Of a stretch of DNA of 50,175 nt, positions 15,680 to 25,841 are shown one piece after another (the stretch's first letter is position 1; every line of letters starts with the position of its first letter). The notes beneath the pieces were generated by a model that saw nothing but the letters and a program-made list of their open reading frames with translations, searched no databases and was not told the origin of the DNA. The stretch is from the IMG/VR virus record IMGVR_UViG_3300032753_000045, positions 1-50,175 of that record. One strand, given 5' to 3'. This DNA is from a virus (Duplodnaviria; Caudoviricetes). Both the position numbers and the translations under genes were made by a program.

Positions 15680-18600
15680 TTAAGCTGTGTAAGTACCACT
15701 ACTTGTAAACGTATGAATCGTGTTTCCGCTACTAGAGGTTACTGTACCACCAGTGCCTTTTTGACTTCCAGTATACGATAGAATAAATATACCAGATCCA
15801 CCTGACCCGCCGTTATTATACCCAGCTCCACCACCACCACCCGTGTTGGTACCGCCATTACCGCCGTTACCGTGGCTGCCACCACCCCCTCCGCCAGCGC
15901 CGCCTGATCCGCAACCGCCGCCGTTGAATCCAGAAGCACCGCCACCGCCACCAGCATAAGTTATTGAAGTACCAGAAATGCTAGATGATTTACCAGCACC
16001 ACCACTACCTGAGGAATTTCCGCAACCAAAGCAAGGGCTACCATTACCGCCTGCGGCATTGGCACCGCCACCGCCGCCGCCATTATACCGACGACCTGTA
16101 CCACCGTTATTGCCTTGTCCAGCAGTACCAGAACCACCAGATGAACCACAAGGAGAACCAGTATAACCACCAGCACCAGAACCACCACTACCAGAATTGG
16201 CACCACCACCGCCTACTGCAGTAACAGTAGAAATAGTGCCGCCAGAAAATACGGAATTGCTACCATTAGATGATTGACCACCGCCACCACCAACGGTAAC
16301 GGTATATGCAGTGCCGACTGACACAGTAATAGAGCCAGTTAGATAGCCGCCTGCGCCGCCCCCACCACCACCGCTTCCGCCCGCAGAGCCGCCGCCGCCG
16401 CCAGCAACAATTAGATAGTTAACACTATAGGCAGTATTAACTAAGGCATTGTAGCCCCATACAGGTAGCCATCCTTGGGTAGAATCTATATAAACAAAAG
16501 TAACTGCTTCGCGCTGTAGATTTAATAAACCGTTACCAGTGCCACCCAATAATTTATTGCCATTTGGGTTAATTGTTAAATTATTGGTAGAAAAAGTACC
16601 AGCATAATCCACCAAAGAAATTTGTTGTCCAGAAGTTGGGCTTGCTGGCAAAGTCATGGTAATCCCACCGCTAGTGGTATTAATTGGATAACCATTACCC
16701 GCAGAAGCAGTGAAATTGGCAGTTTGAACTGATTGCCATGTTACGCCGCCGTTTACACCAGAATAACCAGAAATACCGCTAAATCCAGAATATCCAGATA
16801 TACCAGAACCGCTATATCCAGAATAACCAGAAATGCCTGATCCGCTATATCCAGAAATACCCGAATAGCCACTAATTCCGGAAAAACCTGATGCGCCGTT
16901 GATACCGCTATAACCAGAAATACCGGAATAGCCGCTAAATCCGGAAGTGCCAGTAGCACCATTTTGACCGCTATAGCCTGATATTCCACTAAAACCACTA
17001 TAGCCAGAAATACCAGAAAAACCGCTGTATCCGCTTACGCCTGAGCCGCTATAGCCGCTAATGCCACTATATCCGCTAATACCAGAATATCCCGAAATGC
17101 CTGAGAAACCGCTGTAGCCGCTTACGCCGCTTCCAGAATAGCCGCTAGTGCCGCTATAACCACTAAAACCAGATATACCGCTATAGCCACTATAACCGCT
17201 AATACCTGAATAACCAGATACACCGCTAAAACCAGAAATACCGCTATAGCCAGAAGTCCCATTTTGTCCTGAATATCCACTTATGCCAGAAAAACCACTA
17301 TAGCCAGAAATACCTGATCCGCTATAGCCTGATATGCCGCTATAGCCGCTAATTCCTGAAAAACCGCTGTAGCCGCTAATGCCCGAATATCCGGAATAGC
17401 CGCTAGCGCCATCGTGACCGATAGTTCCGTTTTGACCAGAGAATCCACTAAAACCAGACTGTCCAACTGTGCCTGAATAACCAGAAATACCGCTGTAACC
17501 TGAAATTCCTGAATAACCACTTATGCCAGAGTAACCACTAAAACCAGACAATCCTGATCCGCTGTAGCCTGATATTCCTGAACCGCTGTAACCAGAGTAG
17601 CCGCTATATCCACTAATTCCTGATCCTGAATAGCCTGAATATCCGCTAATACCAGATGCACCATTTGTGCCATTAGCTCCAGAATAACCGCTATAACCAC
17701 TTGTGCCTACTGCGCCACTATAACCGCTATATCCGCTTGTTCCAATTGCACCGCTGTAGCCAGAGTAACCGCTTATACCCGATCCACTAAATCCTGATAT
17801 ACCGCTATAGCCCGAATAACCAGATATGCCAGAAGCACCATTTGTTCCATTGCTACCAGAAAAACCAGAAATTCCACTAAATCCAGAATAGCCGGAATAA
17901 CCAGAAGTTCCAACAGCCCCAGTAGCAGTAATTGTCCAATTGCTAAAAGATGCTCCACCACTAACATATGTCATATTGACTGTTAATGTAGTGCCTGTAA
18001 ATGCTGTAATTAAGCCTTCCATAAATTGTGATGGCACAGATGTAGCAAATACTCTGATATATTGCCCAACAGCAAAAGCTGTAGTGGAAGCATCTAAATT
18101 AGTAGTAAAAGATTTGCTACCAAGGCTTAATGAATTTGATCCTGTTGCGGTCAATCCATAATATCCCAAACCGGAATATCCGCTAAAACCGCTAATTCCT
18201 GAAAATCCAGAAGCTCCATTAATCCCGCTGATACCACTAAACCCAGATATGCCGCTAAAACCACTATAGCCACTAATTCCACTAAAACCTGAATGACCTG
18301 AAATACCAGAATATCCACTGATTCCGCTAACCCCCGATGTACCCGAAAACCCTGAAAAACCTGAATAGCCAGATACACCGCTTCCTGAATAACCAGAAAT
18401 ACCAGAACCCGAATAACCGCTTATTCCAGAAAATCCTGAAATTCCCGAATAACCACTGATACCACTGTATCCGCTGATTCCAGAATAACCACTTTCTCCA
18501 CTAATACCAGAAAAACCTGAATAGCCTGAAGTTCCTACAATTTGACCAGCATTAAACCAAATAGTGCCATTCCAAATCCATAGATCACCATCAGAATCTA

Positions 18601-19633
18601 CAATATAAGCATCATTTACTTGATTACCTGTTGGTGGTAAATCAGCGGGAGTGGCAACAGAGCCTTTGATATTGATGTTTGCGCCTTGTTGACCGCTAAA
18701 TCCACTAAAACCAGAATATCCAGAATAGCCAGAAGTACTCAAACCTGAGTAACCCGAGATACCGCTATAGCCTGACTCCCCAGACCATCCGCTATATCCA
18801 CTAATACCTGAAAATCCGCTATATCCAGAATAGCCAGAAGTACCCACACCAGAAAATTGTGTCCAAACAATCGGCGTAATTCCAATCGTTCCAGATTTTG
18901 GAGCAATAACTACCCATCCAGTACCGTGATTATCTGTTCCATATTCAATGAAAGTAAAAGATCCGGGTACTTCGCTCCAAACATTCATGTCAAGTGCTCG
19001 AGTCCAAGCACCCGCGGCTGCAACATAGATACCATTTTCGGCAGCGTTATCTTGATCTTTTACGCAAACACGGTCGCCAGCTACAGTAGTGTAGCCGTCA
19101 ATAGTTTGTAAACCTGACAGAGTAATATTGCCGCCGCCTTTAGATACAGGGAGGGTAGCAACTTGACATTCTGCTTTTGCAACCATACCTTGTGCGATTG
19201 CATCGGCATATTGTTTGTTAACTAAATCATTTTGATTAACAGGTAAAGTATTTACTTGACCTGTAACCGTAAACATATTTTGAAACGCGGCTGAATATAA
19301 ACCGTTTTCTAAACCTTCTATTTGAACGAAAGCACTACCAGTACCCGCAGTCATCAAATTGACTACAAAATCTCCGATATTCCATGCTCTTGGAACTGTA
19401 CCTTCTTCGCCTCGAGTAACTGTCCAAACATCGCCTGTTACATTGGTAACATAAACAATTTCGTTAATTAAACTATTTGTTGCATTAACTATTGTTGCGG
19501 TAAATGCTTGCCCTGTAGCGGGCGAAGGAAAGTTAACAGAAGTCCCGCTTGCAACTGTGATCGTAGTATCAGTACTACTTACAGGAAGTGCAAGTGCAGT
19601 TTGGGCTTGATTGGAGAATAATAGTATTGCCAT
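15680..19633 (-). CDS. Long tail fibre with (Ser-Gly-Tyr/Ile/Phe)n collagen-like repeats and a C-terminal Gly-rich domain
   Basis: 1317 aa; N-terminus paralogous to 19932-21344; ITLSGLQTIDG...GDRVCVKDQ domain; several hundred residues of SGX repeat; C-terminus YLIVAGGGGG...HTFTSSG. Confidence 0.85.
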   Translation of the reverse strand: MAILLFSNQAQTALALPVSSTDTTITVASGTSVNFPSPATGQAFTATIVNATNSLINEIVYVTNVTGDVWTVTRGEEGTVPRAWNIGDFVVNLMTAGTGSAFVQIEGLENGLYSAAFQNMFTVTGQVNTLPVNQNDLVNKQYADAIAQGMVAKAECQVATLPVSKGGGNITLSGLQTIDGYTTVAGDRVCVKDQDNAAENGIYVAAAGAWTRALDMNVWSEVPGSFTFIEYGTDNHGTGWVVIAPKSGTIGITPIVWTQFSGVGTSGYSGYSGFSGISGYSGWSGESGYSGISGYSGLSTSGYSGYSGFSGFSGQQGANINIKGSVATPADLPPTGNQVNDAYIVDSDGDLWIWNGTIWFNAGQIVGTSGYSGFSGISGESGYSGISGYSGISGYSGISGFSGISGYSGSGISGYSGSGVSGYSGFSGFSGTSGVSGISGYSGISGHSGFSGISGYSGFSGISGFSGISGINGASGFSGISGFSGYSGLGYYGLTATGSNSLSLGSKSFTTNLDASTTAFAVGQYIRVFATSVPSQFMEGLITAFTGTTLTVNMTYVSGGASFSNWTITATGAVGTSGYSGYSGFSGISGFSGSNGTNGASGISGYSGYSGISGFSGSGISGYSGYSGAIGTSGYSGYSGAVGTSGYSGYSGANGTNGASGISGYSGYSGSGISGYSGYSGYSGSGISGYSGSGLSGFSGYSGISGYSGISGYSGISGYSGTVGQSGFSGFSGQNGTIGHDGASGYSGYSGISGYSGFSGISGYSGISGYSGSGISGYSGFSGISGYSGQNGTSGYSGISGFSGVSGYSGISGYSGYSGISGFSGYSGTSGYSGSGVSGYSGFSGISGYSGISGYSGISGYSGSGVSGYSGFSGISGYSGFSGISGYSGQNGATGTSGFSGYSGISGYSGINGASGFSGISGYSGISGYSGSGISGYSGYSGSGISGYSGFSGISGYSGVNGGVTWQSVQTANFTASAGNGYPINTTSGGITMTLPASPTSGQQISLVDYAGTFSTNNLTINPNGNKLLGGTGNGLLNLQREAVTFVYIDSTQGWLPVWGYNALVNTAYSVNYLIVAGGGGGSAGGSGGGGGGAGGYLTGSITVSVGTAYTVTVGGGGGQSSNGSNSVFSGGTISTVTAVGGGGANSGSGGSGAGGYTGSPCGSSGGSGTAGQGNNGGTGRRYNGGGGGGANAAGGNGSPCFGCGNSSGSGGAGKSSSISGTSITYAGGGGGASGFNGGGCGSGGAGGGGGGSHGNGGNGGTNTGGGGGAGYNNGGSGGSGIFILSYTGSQKGTGGTVTSSSGNTIHTFTSSGTYTA

Positions 19634-19652
19634 AGCAAACCCTTACAAACTG

Positions 19653-19922
19653 TTAGAGAATAGAATAAGTATCGTTAGCTGCGCCAGTAAATTCAATTTT
19701 GGATACTGGGAAATTTAAAACATAGTAAATTTGCCCTGAAATACTTCCAGTTGGAGTTACAGATGGGTAATAGTTTGTGCCATCTAAAGAAAAAGCAATT
19801 GCTTTTCCAGCAGCGGTAGAATTTAACACTAAAGTTGCGGGAAGTTGAATTCCAACAGCATTAACAATTGCTGTTGAACCTGTTAGTGTGCCGTTAATTG
19901 GGCTGCCATAGTTAGTAGTCAT
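19653..19922 (-). CDS. Small virion-associated beta-rich protein
   Basis: In the tail operon; FSLDGTNYY. Confidence 0.65.
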   Translation of the reverse strand: MTTNYGSPINGTLTGSTAIVNAVGIQLPATLVLNSTAAGKAIAFSLDGTNYYPSVTPTGSISGQIYYVLNFPVSKIEFTGAANDTYSIL

Positions 19923-19931
19923 ATTAAATCC

Positions 19932-21344
19932 TTACGCTGTATAGGTTCCAGAAGATGTAAATTGCATGATAGTAAAGGCGCCAGAAGTAGTAACAGTTGG
20001 GCTTCCAGTAGTAAGACCTGTGTAATTTACTGTAGGTACAGAGAGATACCCTACACCAGAACCGCCAGTGCCGCCGGGCGCGCCTGATCCACCGCCACCG
20101 CCACCGCCAGTATTAACTGTTCCGTTCCCCCCAATGCCGCCATTTGAACCGCTACCGCCGCCGCCATTTCCGCCAGAAGCTGGTGTTCCCCCAAAAGCTG
20201 CACCGCCGCCGCCGCCGCCAGCTAAATAAATGGTAGAGCCTGTGATAATGGTGCTTAGACCAACACCGCCATTTCCTGCGTGTCCATAGCCGGGTCCACT
20301 ATAAGGGTACGCAGTTTGACCCGCCGCTCCAGCGCCACCGCCACCGCCGCTAGCATAACCATAACCTTGACCACCGTTATTACCTTGACCAGAAGTTCCC
20401 GCGCCGCCTAATGAACCGTAGTTACCAACAGAGCCGCCTTGACCGCCGCCGCCTGATCCGCCGTTTGCACCTTGTCCAGCTCCGCCTGAACCGCCGCCAA
20501 TTGCAGATACGATTCCAGTGATACTAGAATTTCCACCATTAGTAACGCTAGCACCGCCAGCGCCAATGATGAAGGTGTAAATAGTTCCGGGTAAAAGATT
20601 TGTTGTAGAAGAAAGATATCCGCCAGCACCGCCGCCACCGCCATCGTTCCCACTAGTACCCCCACCACCGCCGCCAGCAACCAGCACATAGGATGCTGGA
20701 TACGTCACGATTGGTGGCACTACGCTTGTACCTGAGTTTTGTAAAACGTAAGCATCAAAATTTGAGCTATAAGTCAAAATTAAAGGATATCCCGCCCAAA
20801 TATCGTTGGCAATCAACGGATAGTTATTACCTTTAACAATCGGTTTAGCAGCCAAAATGGTTGACCCCAATGTAAGCTGCAACGTAGCCGCGCCTGTATT
20901 GGCATTTAAACCTTTTAATATAAAATTAAAACCATCGGGTAACGTAGTAAGATTTGAGTTAATTTGACTTGTTAAGGCATTCGCTGTTCCGCCAGCGGTA
21001 TTGAAAGAATATTTACCGTTTTGAAATTGATCGACTTGAATTAAGCTTTCCATTGTCCCCTTAGTAGGGTACATACCAAAGCTGTTCCCGGTAAGCCAAG
21101 TTTGCGCCAATGTGCCTTCTTGTGCTCGAACAACCGTAACTGTATCGCCAGAACGAGCAGTTACTAATACTATTTCATAACTAGTACTGGAGTTATTGTA
21201 AATAGTAGCTAGAAAATTTTGACCACTTACTGGAGTTGGAAATAACGAACCAGTGCCTGCCTGAAGATAAATGGTAGTATCAGTGCTAGTGATCGGGCTT
21301 GCCAATGCAGATAGAGCATTATTAGCGAATTGCAGAATAGTCAT
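19932..21344 (-). CDS. Short tail fibre with Gly-rich C-terminal domain
   Basis: FANNA.S.LA...EIV.VTARSGD..TVVRAQEGT N-terminus; follows the baseplate genes. Confidence 0.85.
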   Translation of the reverse strand: MTILQFANNALSALASPITSTDTTIYLQAGTGSLFPTPVSGQNFLATIYNNSSTSYEIVLVTARSGDTVTVVRAQEGTLAQTWLTGNSFGMYPTKGTMESLIQVDQFQNGKYSFNTAGGTANALTSQINSNLTTLPDGFNFILKGLNANTGAATLQLTLGSTILAAKPIVKGNNYPLIANDIWAGYPLILTYSSNFDAYVLQNSGTSVVPPIVTYPASYVLVAGGGGGGTSGNDGGGGGAGGYLSSTTNLLPGTIYTFIIGAGGASVTNGGNSSITGIVSAIGGGSGGAGQGANGGSGGGGQGGSVGNYGSLGGAGTSGQGNNGGQGYGYASGGGGGAGAAGQTAYPYSGPGYGHAGNGGVGLSTIITGSTIYLAGGGGGGAAFGGTPASGGNGGGGSGSNGGIGGNGTVNTGGGGGGGSGAPGGTGGSGVGYLSVPTVNYTGLTTGSPTVTTSGAFTIMQFTSSGTYTA

Positions 21345-21353
21345 AGCAAAACC

Positions 21354-21971
21354 TTAATAAGTAACATTGAAAGTATACTGGAAAGGGAGCTGTAAAGCAC
21401 CTGAATTTATTGCCGCTTGCATAATTGGCGCAAAAGTTACTAAGGAGCTTGACGGGTTTATAGCTATATCCACTACGTTGTTTGAAGCAAAAGTGACGCT
21501 AATATCATAGGTATTTGGGATAGGTAAAGGAATACCGTTTTCTTGTGCCAAAAATCTATAAATCCTGTTTTTTAACCAAACAGTGTTAAATTGAAAGCCG
21601 TCGCCTTTATAAAAATTCCAAGTGACAACTCGTTTAAAAATATCGTCGGTTGTTTGATAGAAACCTGCTGGAGAAACGATGACGTTTGCGTTATACACTG
21701 TTGTATCGTAAATAGCTTCGTCATATACGCCAGAAGAGATATTTCCAGAATACGGTAATACGGGTCTAATAATTCCGTAAATACTGTAGACTGTCCAATC
21801 TAATAATGGAGCTATTTGTTCAGTATATACAGGTAAATTTAGACTATTTGTATTATCTAAATATGTTTGAGAAATATTATTATAAGCGGTAAAAAAAGCT
21901 TGTAAATCTTCAACATACGCATCTTGCGTATATTGTTGATATAGGTAAGCTGGAAGAACCGTTGTTTGCAT
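21354..21971 (-). CDS. Baseplate wedge subunit
   Basis: Position after baseplate J; LLDW...IYGI.RP, TDDIFKR..TWNFYKGDG. Confidence 0.75.
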   Translation of the reverse strand: MQTTVLPAYLYQQYTQDAYVEDLQAFFTAYNNISQTYLDNTNSLNLPVYTEQIAPLLDWTVYSIYGIIRPVLPYSGNISSGVYDEAIYDTTVYNANVIVSPAGFYQTTDDIFKRVVTWNFYKGDGFQFNTVWLKNRIYRFLAQENGIPLPIPNTYDISVTFASNNVVDIAINPSSSLVTFAPIMQAAINSGALQLPFQYTFNVTY

Positions 21972-21972
21972 A

Positions 21973-23604
21973 TTAACCTTGAGTAATTGTTACTAACTCA
22001 GTAGCGGTTTCAAAATAGCTTTCAGGATCTCCATAAATTAAACCTGTGCCTGAAGCGGGGCTTACTACAGTGCCATTAATTGTTATGGTGAAAACCATGC
22101 GTGACAATAAAGGGGCTGGAACTAAACTTGCAATCGCGGTTTGGAATACATTTTGTAATTCAAATACATTAATTGGTTGTCCAACATAAATACTGTTGAT
22201 GTAACTAACAATTGCTGGATTACCTAATTGAGCAACTGCTGAAGGGGATACATAATTTAACGACGTTGTATTCCAAACTAATCCAACTGTCACTGTTTGG
22301 ACTGGGGGAATTACAAAAGTAATGTTGTAAGTATCGGGGTAATCATTAATTGAAACCGTTTCGTTTCTTAAATTTGGTGTGACAATACCGCCACTGACAT
22401 ACGCCCCAGCACTAGCCGAATCAAATCCTGTATAGCCTAGAACAGAAGAAGCACCCGGATTAGAAGCTAATGGATAAGTAAAAGTATTGAAAGTTACTTT
22501 TGTAAAGGTATAAGACCCGTTATAAGCAGTAGGACTGCAACCAGCAATAAATCCAGAGCTAGTTCCAGTGGGTAATCCATGAGGTTCTGAAGTTACTACA
22601 GTAACAGTTCCGCCTCCTGTACTTGCCCATGAAATAGTAGAAATGCTTACGCCTAATTCAAAAGTAGTTTGTCCAGTTACTATAGCGATAAACGGTACAT
22701 TATTAATACCTGTCATGCCTGTTACACCAGCAATGTTAATTACTTGCCCTGTTGTGTAACCGTGATTTAAGTTTGTAGTGACTACGGCGGGATAATCATT
22801 AGTAATGTTTGTGACGCCTAAAGTTGATCCAGTGAGGGTCGAAATATCAAAAACACCTTTAAAAATAGCGTTTGCAACAGAATAAGGATCGCCACCCCCT
22901 ACGATAACTTCCCATTGAGCGGTGTTAACTTCGCGGACTGCAATTAATCTTGCTTGAACACCTGAAACTTTTTGTAATTGAGTTTTTAAAAAAGTAGGCA
23001 TTCCTTGAGCAGAAGCTAATCCTGCTTGAATTACTTGTGCTCGATATTCTTGAATTGGTTGTACGGTAGCTCCGGGTAACCCCGCAGTTAAGTTTGTACA
23101 GGTTAATGTCACTCCCGAAGGAATGGACGTAATAATTTGAGTAACGGTTCCGATTGGAACCGCCCATGATCCTGCTGAGGTAGCAAGACAATAAAGCGCT
23201 ACACTTTGACCATTTGTTTGAATGATTCCGCCGTCTTGAACGGTATATTGGTAGCTACCATCAGACACTGTAAAACCGATAGGAATAACAAATCCGGGGC
23301 TTCCGCTAAACGTAACGTAAACAGATGTATTTGAACCAACTCCTTGTTGAACGCCATAAACTTGCCCTAATTGGTACAGAATAGAAGGGTTGGCGGTAGC
23401 TGGACTAATTGAATTTACAAGGTCTACGAACGCTTGATCTTGAACTACTACGGCGCCTGCGGCAGTAGAAGCCATATCTTCCACTAAAGAACCGGGTAAA
23501 TTGGTTGTTAAACCGGGGGCAAGAGCAGTTGCTGCTGCAATTTCAGCTTGTAAAAGATCTGCTGGAAGAGCTGGCACTGCGCCAGCGGTAGTAATTTGTG
23601 CCAT
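21973..23604 (-). CDS. Baseplate J-like protein with inserted beta-barrel domains
   Basis: Baseplate J pattern; two VTT...HG...G...NG.F inserts. Confidence 0.8.
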   Translation of the reverse strand: MAQITTAGAVPALPADLLQAEIAAATALAPGLTTNLPGSLVEDMASTAAGAVVVQDQAFVDLVNSISPATANPSILYQLGQVYGVQQGVGSNTSVYVTFSGSPGFVIPIGFTVSDGSYQYTVQDGGIIQTNGQSVALYCLATSAGSWAVPIGTVTQIITSIPSGVTLTCTNLTAGLPGATVQPIQEYRAQVIQAGLASAQGMPTFLKTQLQKVSGVQARLIAVREVNTAQWEVIVGGGDPYSVANAIFKGVFDISTLTGSTLGVTNITNDYPAVVTTNLNHGYTTGQVINIAGVTGMTGINNVPFIAIVTGQTTFELGVSISTISWASTGGGTVTVVTSEPHGLPTGTSSGFIAGCSPTAYNGSYTFTKVTFNTFTYPLASNPGASSVLGYTGFDSASAGAYVSGGIVTPNLRNETVSINDYPDTYNITFVIPPVQTVTVGLVWNTTSLNYVSPSAVAQLGNPAIVSYINSIYVGQPINVFELQNVFQTAIASLVPAPLLSRMVFTITINGTVVSPASGTGLIYGDPESYFETATELVTITQG

Positions 23605-23927
23605 TAGCTTGCCACCGTAGATTGAATAACTGTTCCGTTTTGAAATACCGCTGCTATATTGTATGTCGGATTGACCGCATTTTGTTGCTTGACAATCGTT
23701 AAACTAGCAAAATGCGGTGCATATTGACTTTGTGTTCTGTTTACCGCTATATCGGGCGGAATCTGTGTCATAACTGAATTTTGAGCAGGGATTCCATAGT
23801 TTGCGTAAAACGGGCTTTCGCCTTGATTTAGCCGTAAAGTTTGAGCTAAAGTTGCCAGCCAAATATAACTGGTTTCGGTTACTTCTACCCATTGCTTGGT
23901 TGCTGGATCTACGCCGTAAGTTCTCAT
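23604..23927 (-). CDS. Baseplate wedge / sheath initiator (gp25-like)
   Basis: L.QTLRLNQGESPFYANYGIP; synteny. Confidence 0.75.
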   Translation of the reverse strand: MRTYGVDPATKQWVEVTETSYIWLATLAQTLRLNQGESPFYANYGIPAQNSVMTQIPPDIAVNRTQSQYAPHFASLTIVKQQNAVNPTYNIAAVFQNGTVIQSTVAS

Positions 23928-24574
23928 ACTGGTTTTCCTGAATTATCCGTACCTGCTTTAACGCCGCTATGAACGTGATTTTCAAGGCTAATACTTCCTG
24001 CGGTGACATCACCGCTAGCAGAAATACTTCCTGTGACCGTTAAATTTCCTGTAATAGTAACGCCAGATGCGTCAATCGTCATCTTTGTGTTACCGATTGT
24101 TACTGTCGTGCCTGTGGGGGTAAGTGTAATAACACAGTTATTATTACTATCGCGTATAACGGCTCCATTAGGAGCACTAATGTTAACGGCGTCAGGATCG
24201 ACTGACTCCCAATCTTTATTGCCTAAAGGCACAAAAATAAGCCCGCCAAGGTTAAAAGGAGTAGTTAAAGGGGCTAACCCTTGTCCAAGACCGTTGATGC
24301 CACCCAAGCGCGTATCGGCTGCTATGCAGACCCCATAATCGCCGACTTGTACAGGTAATCGTACATATTTGCTTTCGGCAATAGCGCAAGTAACCGGGGG
24401 GAACGTAAAATTACCACCCGTATCGATTTCAAAATTTACGGTGACAATTGCACCGTTTACGGCAGTTACGCGGGCAGGCAATTGCAAACCAAAATTTTCT
24501 TGGTTTGAATCCATGCGGTTTTGGATATACTCGGTAATCGTAACCGCAAAGGGGGTTTTTTGAGAGAGATCCAT
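23924..24574 (-). CDS. Baseplate central spike
   Basis: N-terminal OB-fold pattern; C-terminal ISLENHVHSGV HxH metal-binding tip. Confidence 0.85.
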   Translation of the reverse strand: MDLSQKTPFAVTITEYIQNRMDSNQENFGLQLPARVTAVNGAIVTVNFEIDTGGNFTFPPVTCAIAESKYVRLPVQVGDYGVCIAADTRLGGINGLGQGLAPLTTPFNLGGLIFVPLGNKDWESVDPDAVNISAPNGAVIRDSNNNCVITLTPTGTTVTIGNTKMTIDASGVTITGNLTVTGSISASGDVTAGSISLENHVHSGVKAGTDNSGKPV

Positions 24575-24576
24575 AA

Positions 24577-25572
24577 TTAGAACGCTACCCCGGGTATTAC
24601 TGCATCAATAACTGTTACCCAACTATCTCCGTTAGGTTGCCTACTGCTACCAATATGATGCAATTTATTCACCATAAATACACCATTAAATGCCAAATTA
24701 TTTCTAAATTGGGAGTTATTGTTGATTACGTTATTTACTGGAATATTATTTTGGAAAGTAATGTAATCGCCAACATTCAGATCGGCTCGCATAATGACTC
24801 GAGCTTGAATAGTTGCAATATCGATCCAAGTTAGATTACCAATAATATCGGTAAATGCAATTTGTTTTGTGCCTGTAGGAGTTACTGTGCTATCGCTTAA
24901 TAAAAACCCTTGACTAGTAGCAGTGATACTCGCTCCTGCATAGGTAGGGTCTGGATTAATCCAACGACTGATTTCCTGAACTTTTTTAGCAAAGGCAATA
25001 AAACTAGTAAATTGCCCTTTGGCTTCTTCGGTATATATCAAATTTGAGCTAAAACTACCTGAAACATTGGTACCTGCGCCATACGCATTTTTTAAGGCTT
25101 GAGTAACGGCTTCTGTCAATGTCTGACCTTTATTCCACGCCATTGTTATATTGGCGGCGGCATTGGGGTTTACTTGCGCAGGGATTAAAACAATATCTAA
25201 TCCTACTTCAGTACCTTGCCATGTAGAAAACGATTGAAGAATTGATCCGTTTACAATTACTCCAGCTTGATTTGGGTTGGCAAAGGGTAAACCCTTAGAC
25301 ATGCCGACACCGATTTGAATTTTGGCATAGTCATACCCAAATCCGCTTGCTTGCTTAACTGGGTTAAAACTGGCTTTTTGTCCTAGATCTTTTAAATCTA
25401 CACCCCAAAGTTTTATGTGGCTATTACCTGCGGGTTGATGATACCAAGTTTGAAACACGTCTAAATCAAGCCGTAAACAAGAGTAATTATCAACACCAAG
25501 AACTGATTGTGAACTAAAAGTTATTGGTGAAGAAGCTCCTACAGGCGTGATCTGGACAGAGTACGACCTCAT
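24577..25572 (-). CDS. Baseplate hub protein
   Basis: Size, synteny and C-terminal H.G.SRQP...SWVT. Confidence 0.75.
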   Translation of the reverse strand: MRSYSVQITPVGASSPITFSSQSVLGVDNYSCLRLDLDVFQTWYHQPAGNSHIKLWGVDLKDLGQKASFNPVKQASGFGYDYAKIQIGVGMSKGLPFANPNQAGVIVNGSILQSFSTWQGTEVGLDIVLIPAQVNPNAAANITMAWNKGQTLTEAVTQALKNAYGAGTNVSGSFSSNLIYTEEAKGQFTSFIAFAKKVQEISRWINPDPTYAGASITATSQGFLLSDSTVTPTGTKQIAFTDIIGNLTWIDIATIQARVIMRADLNVGDYITFQNNIPVNNVINNNSQFRNNLAFNGVFMVNKLHHIGSSRQPNGDSWVTVIDAVIPGVAF

Positions 25573-25841
25573 GGGGTGATCTCAAAATTTCCACTGCTTG
25601 CTCTATAAACAAGCTTTGAAGTTTTAAAATAACCATACACCAAATTAATATCAAAATGATCTGGTGATGAAATAATAGGGTTAGTTACGATCAAGTTTCC
25701 AGAGTTATCGTAAATACTTATGTAATAGCGTGGAGCATAAATATTCCAAGTACAAATTGCTACATAAGTAATTCCGTCTAAGGTCGGATTAAACTGAAAA
25801 TTAGCGTATGGTGACGGGTTAAAATTAACAAAAGTTGTCAT
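25569..25841 (-). CDS. Small baseplate protein
   Basis: FQFNPTLDG..Y.....WNIY..RYY; synteny. Confidence 0.7.
   Translation of the reverse strand: MTTFVNFNPSPYANFQFNPTLDGITYVAICTWNIYAPRYYISIYDNSGNLIVTNPIISSPDHFDINLVYGYFKTSKLVYRASSGNFEITP

Noticed and set aside
15739-19111. Many overlapping ORFs inside the long fibre gene
   Set aside because: Expected by-products of low-complexity Gly/Ser codon repeats; no RBS or protein-like features.
15680-21344. Diversity-generating retroelement acting on the two similar fibre C-termini
   Set aside because: No reverse transcriptase, and the similarity is at protein level, not an adenine-specific TR/VR pair.
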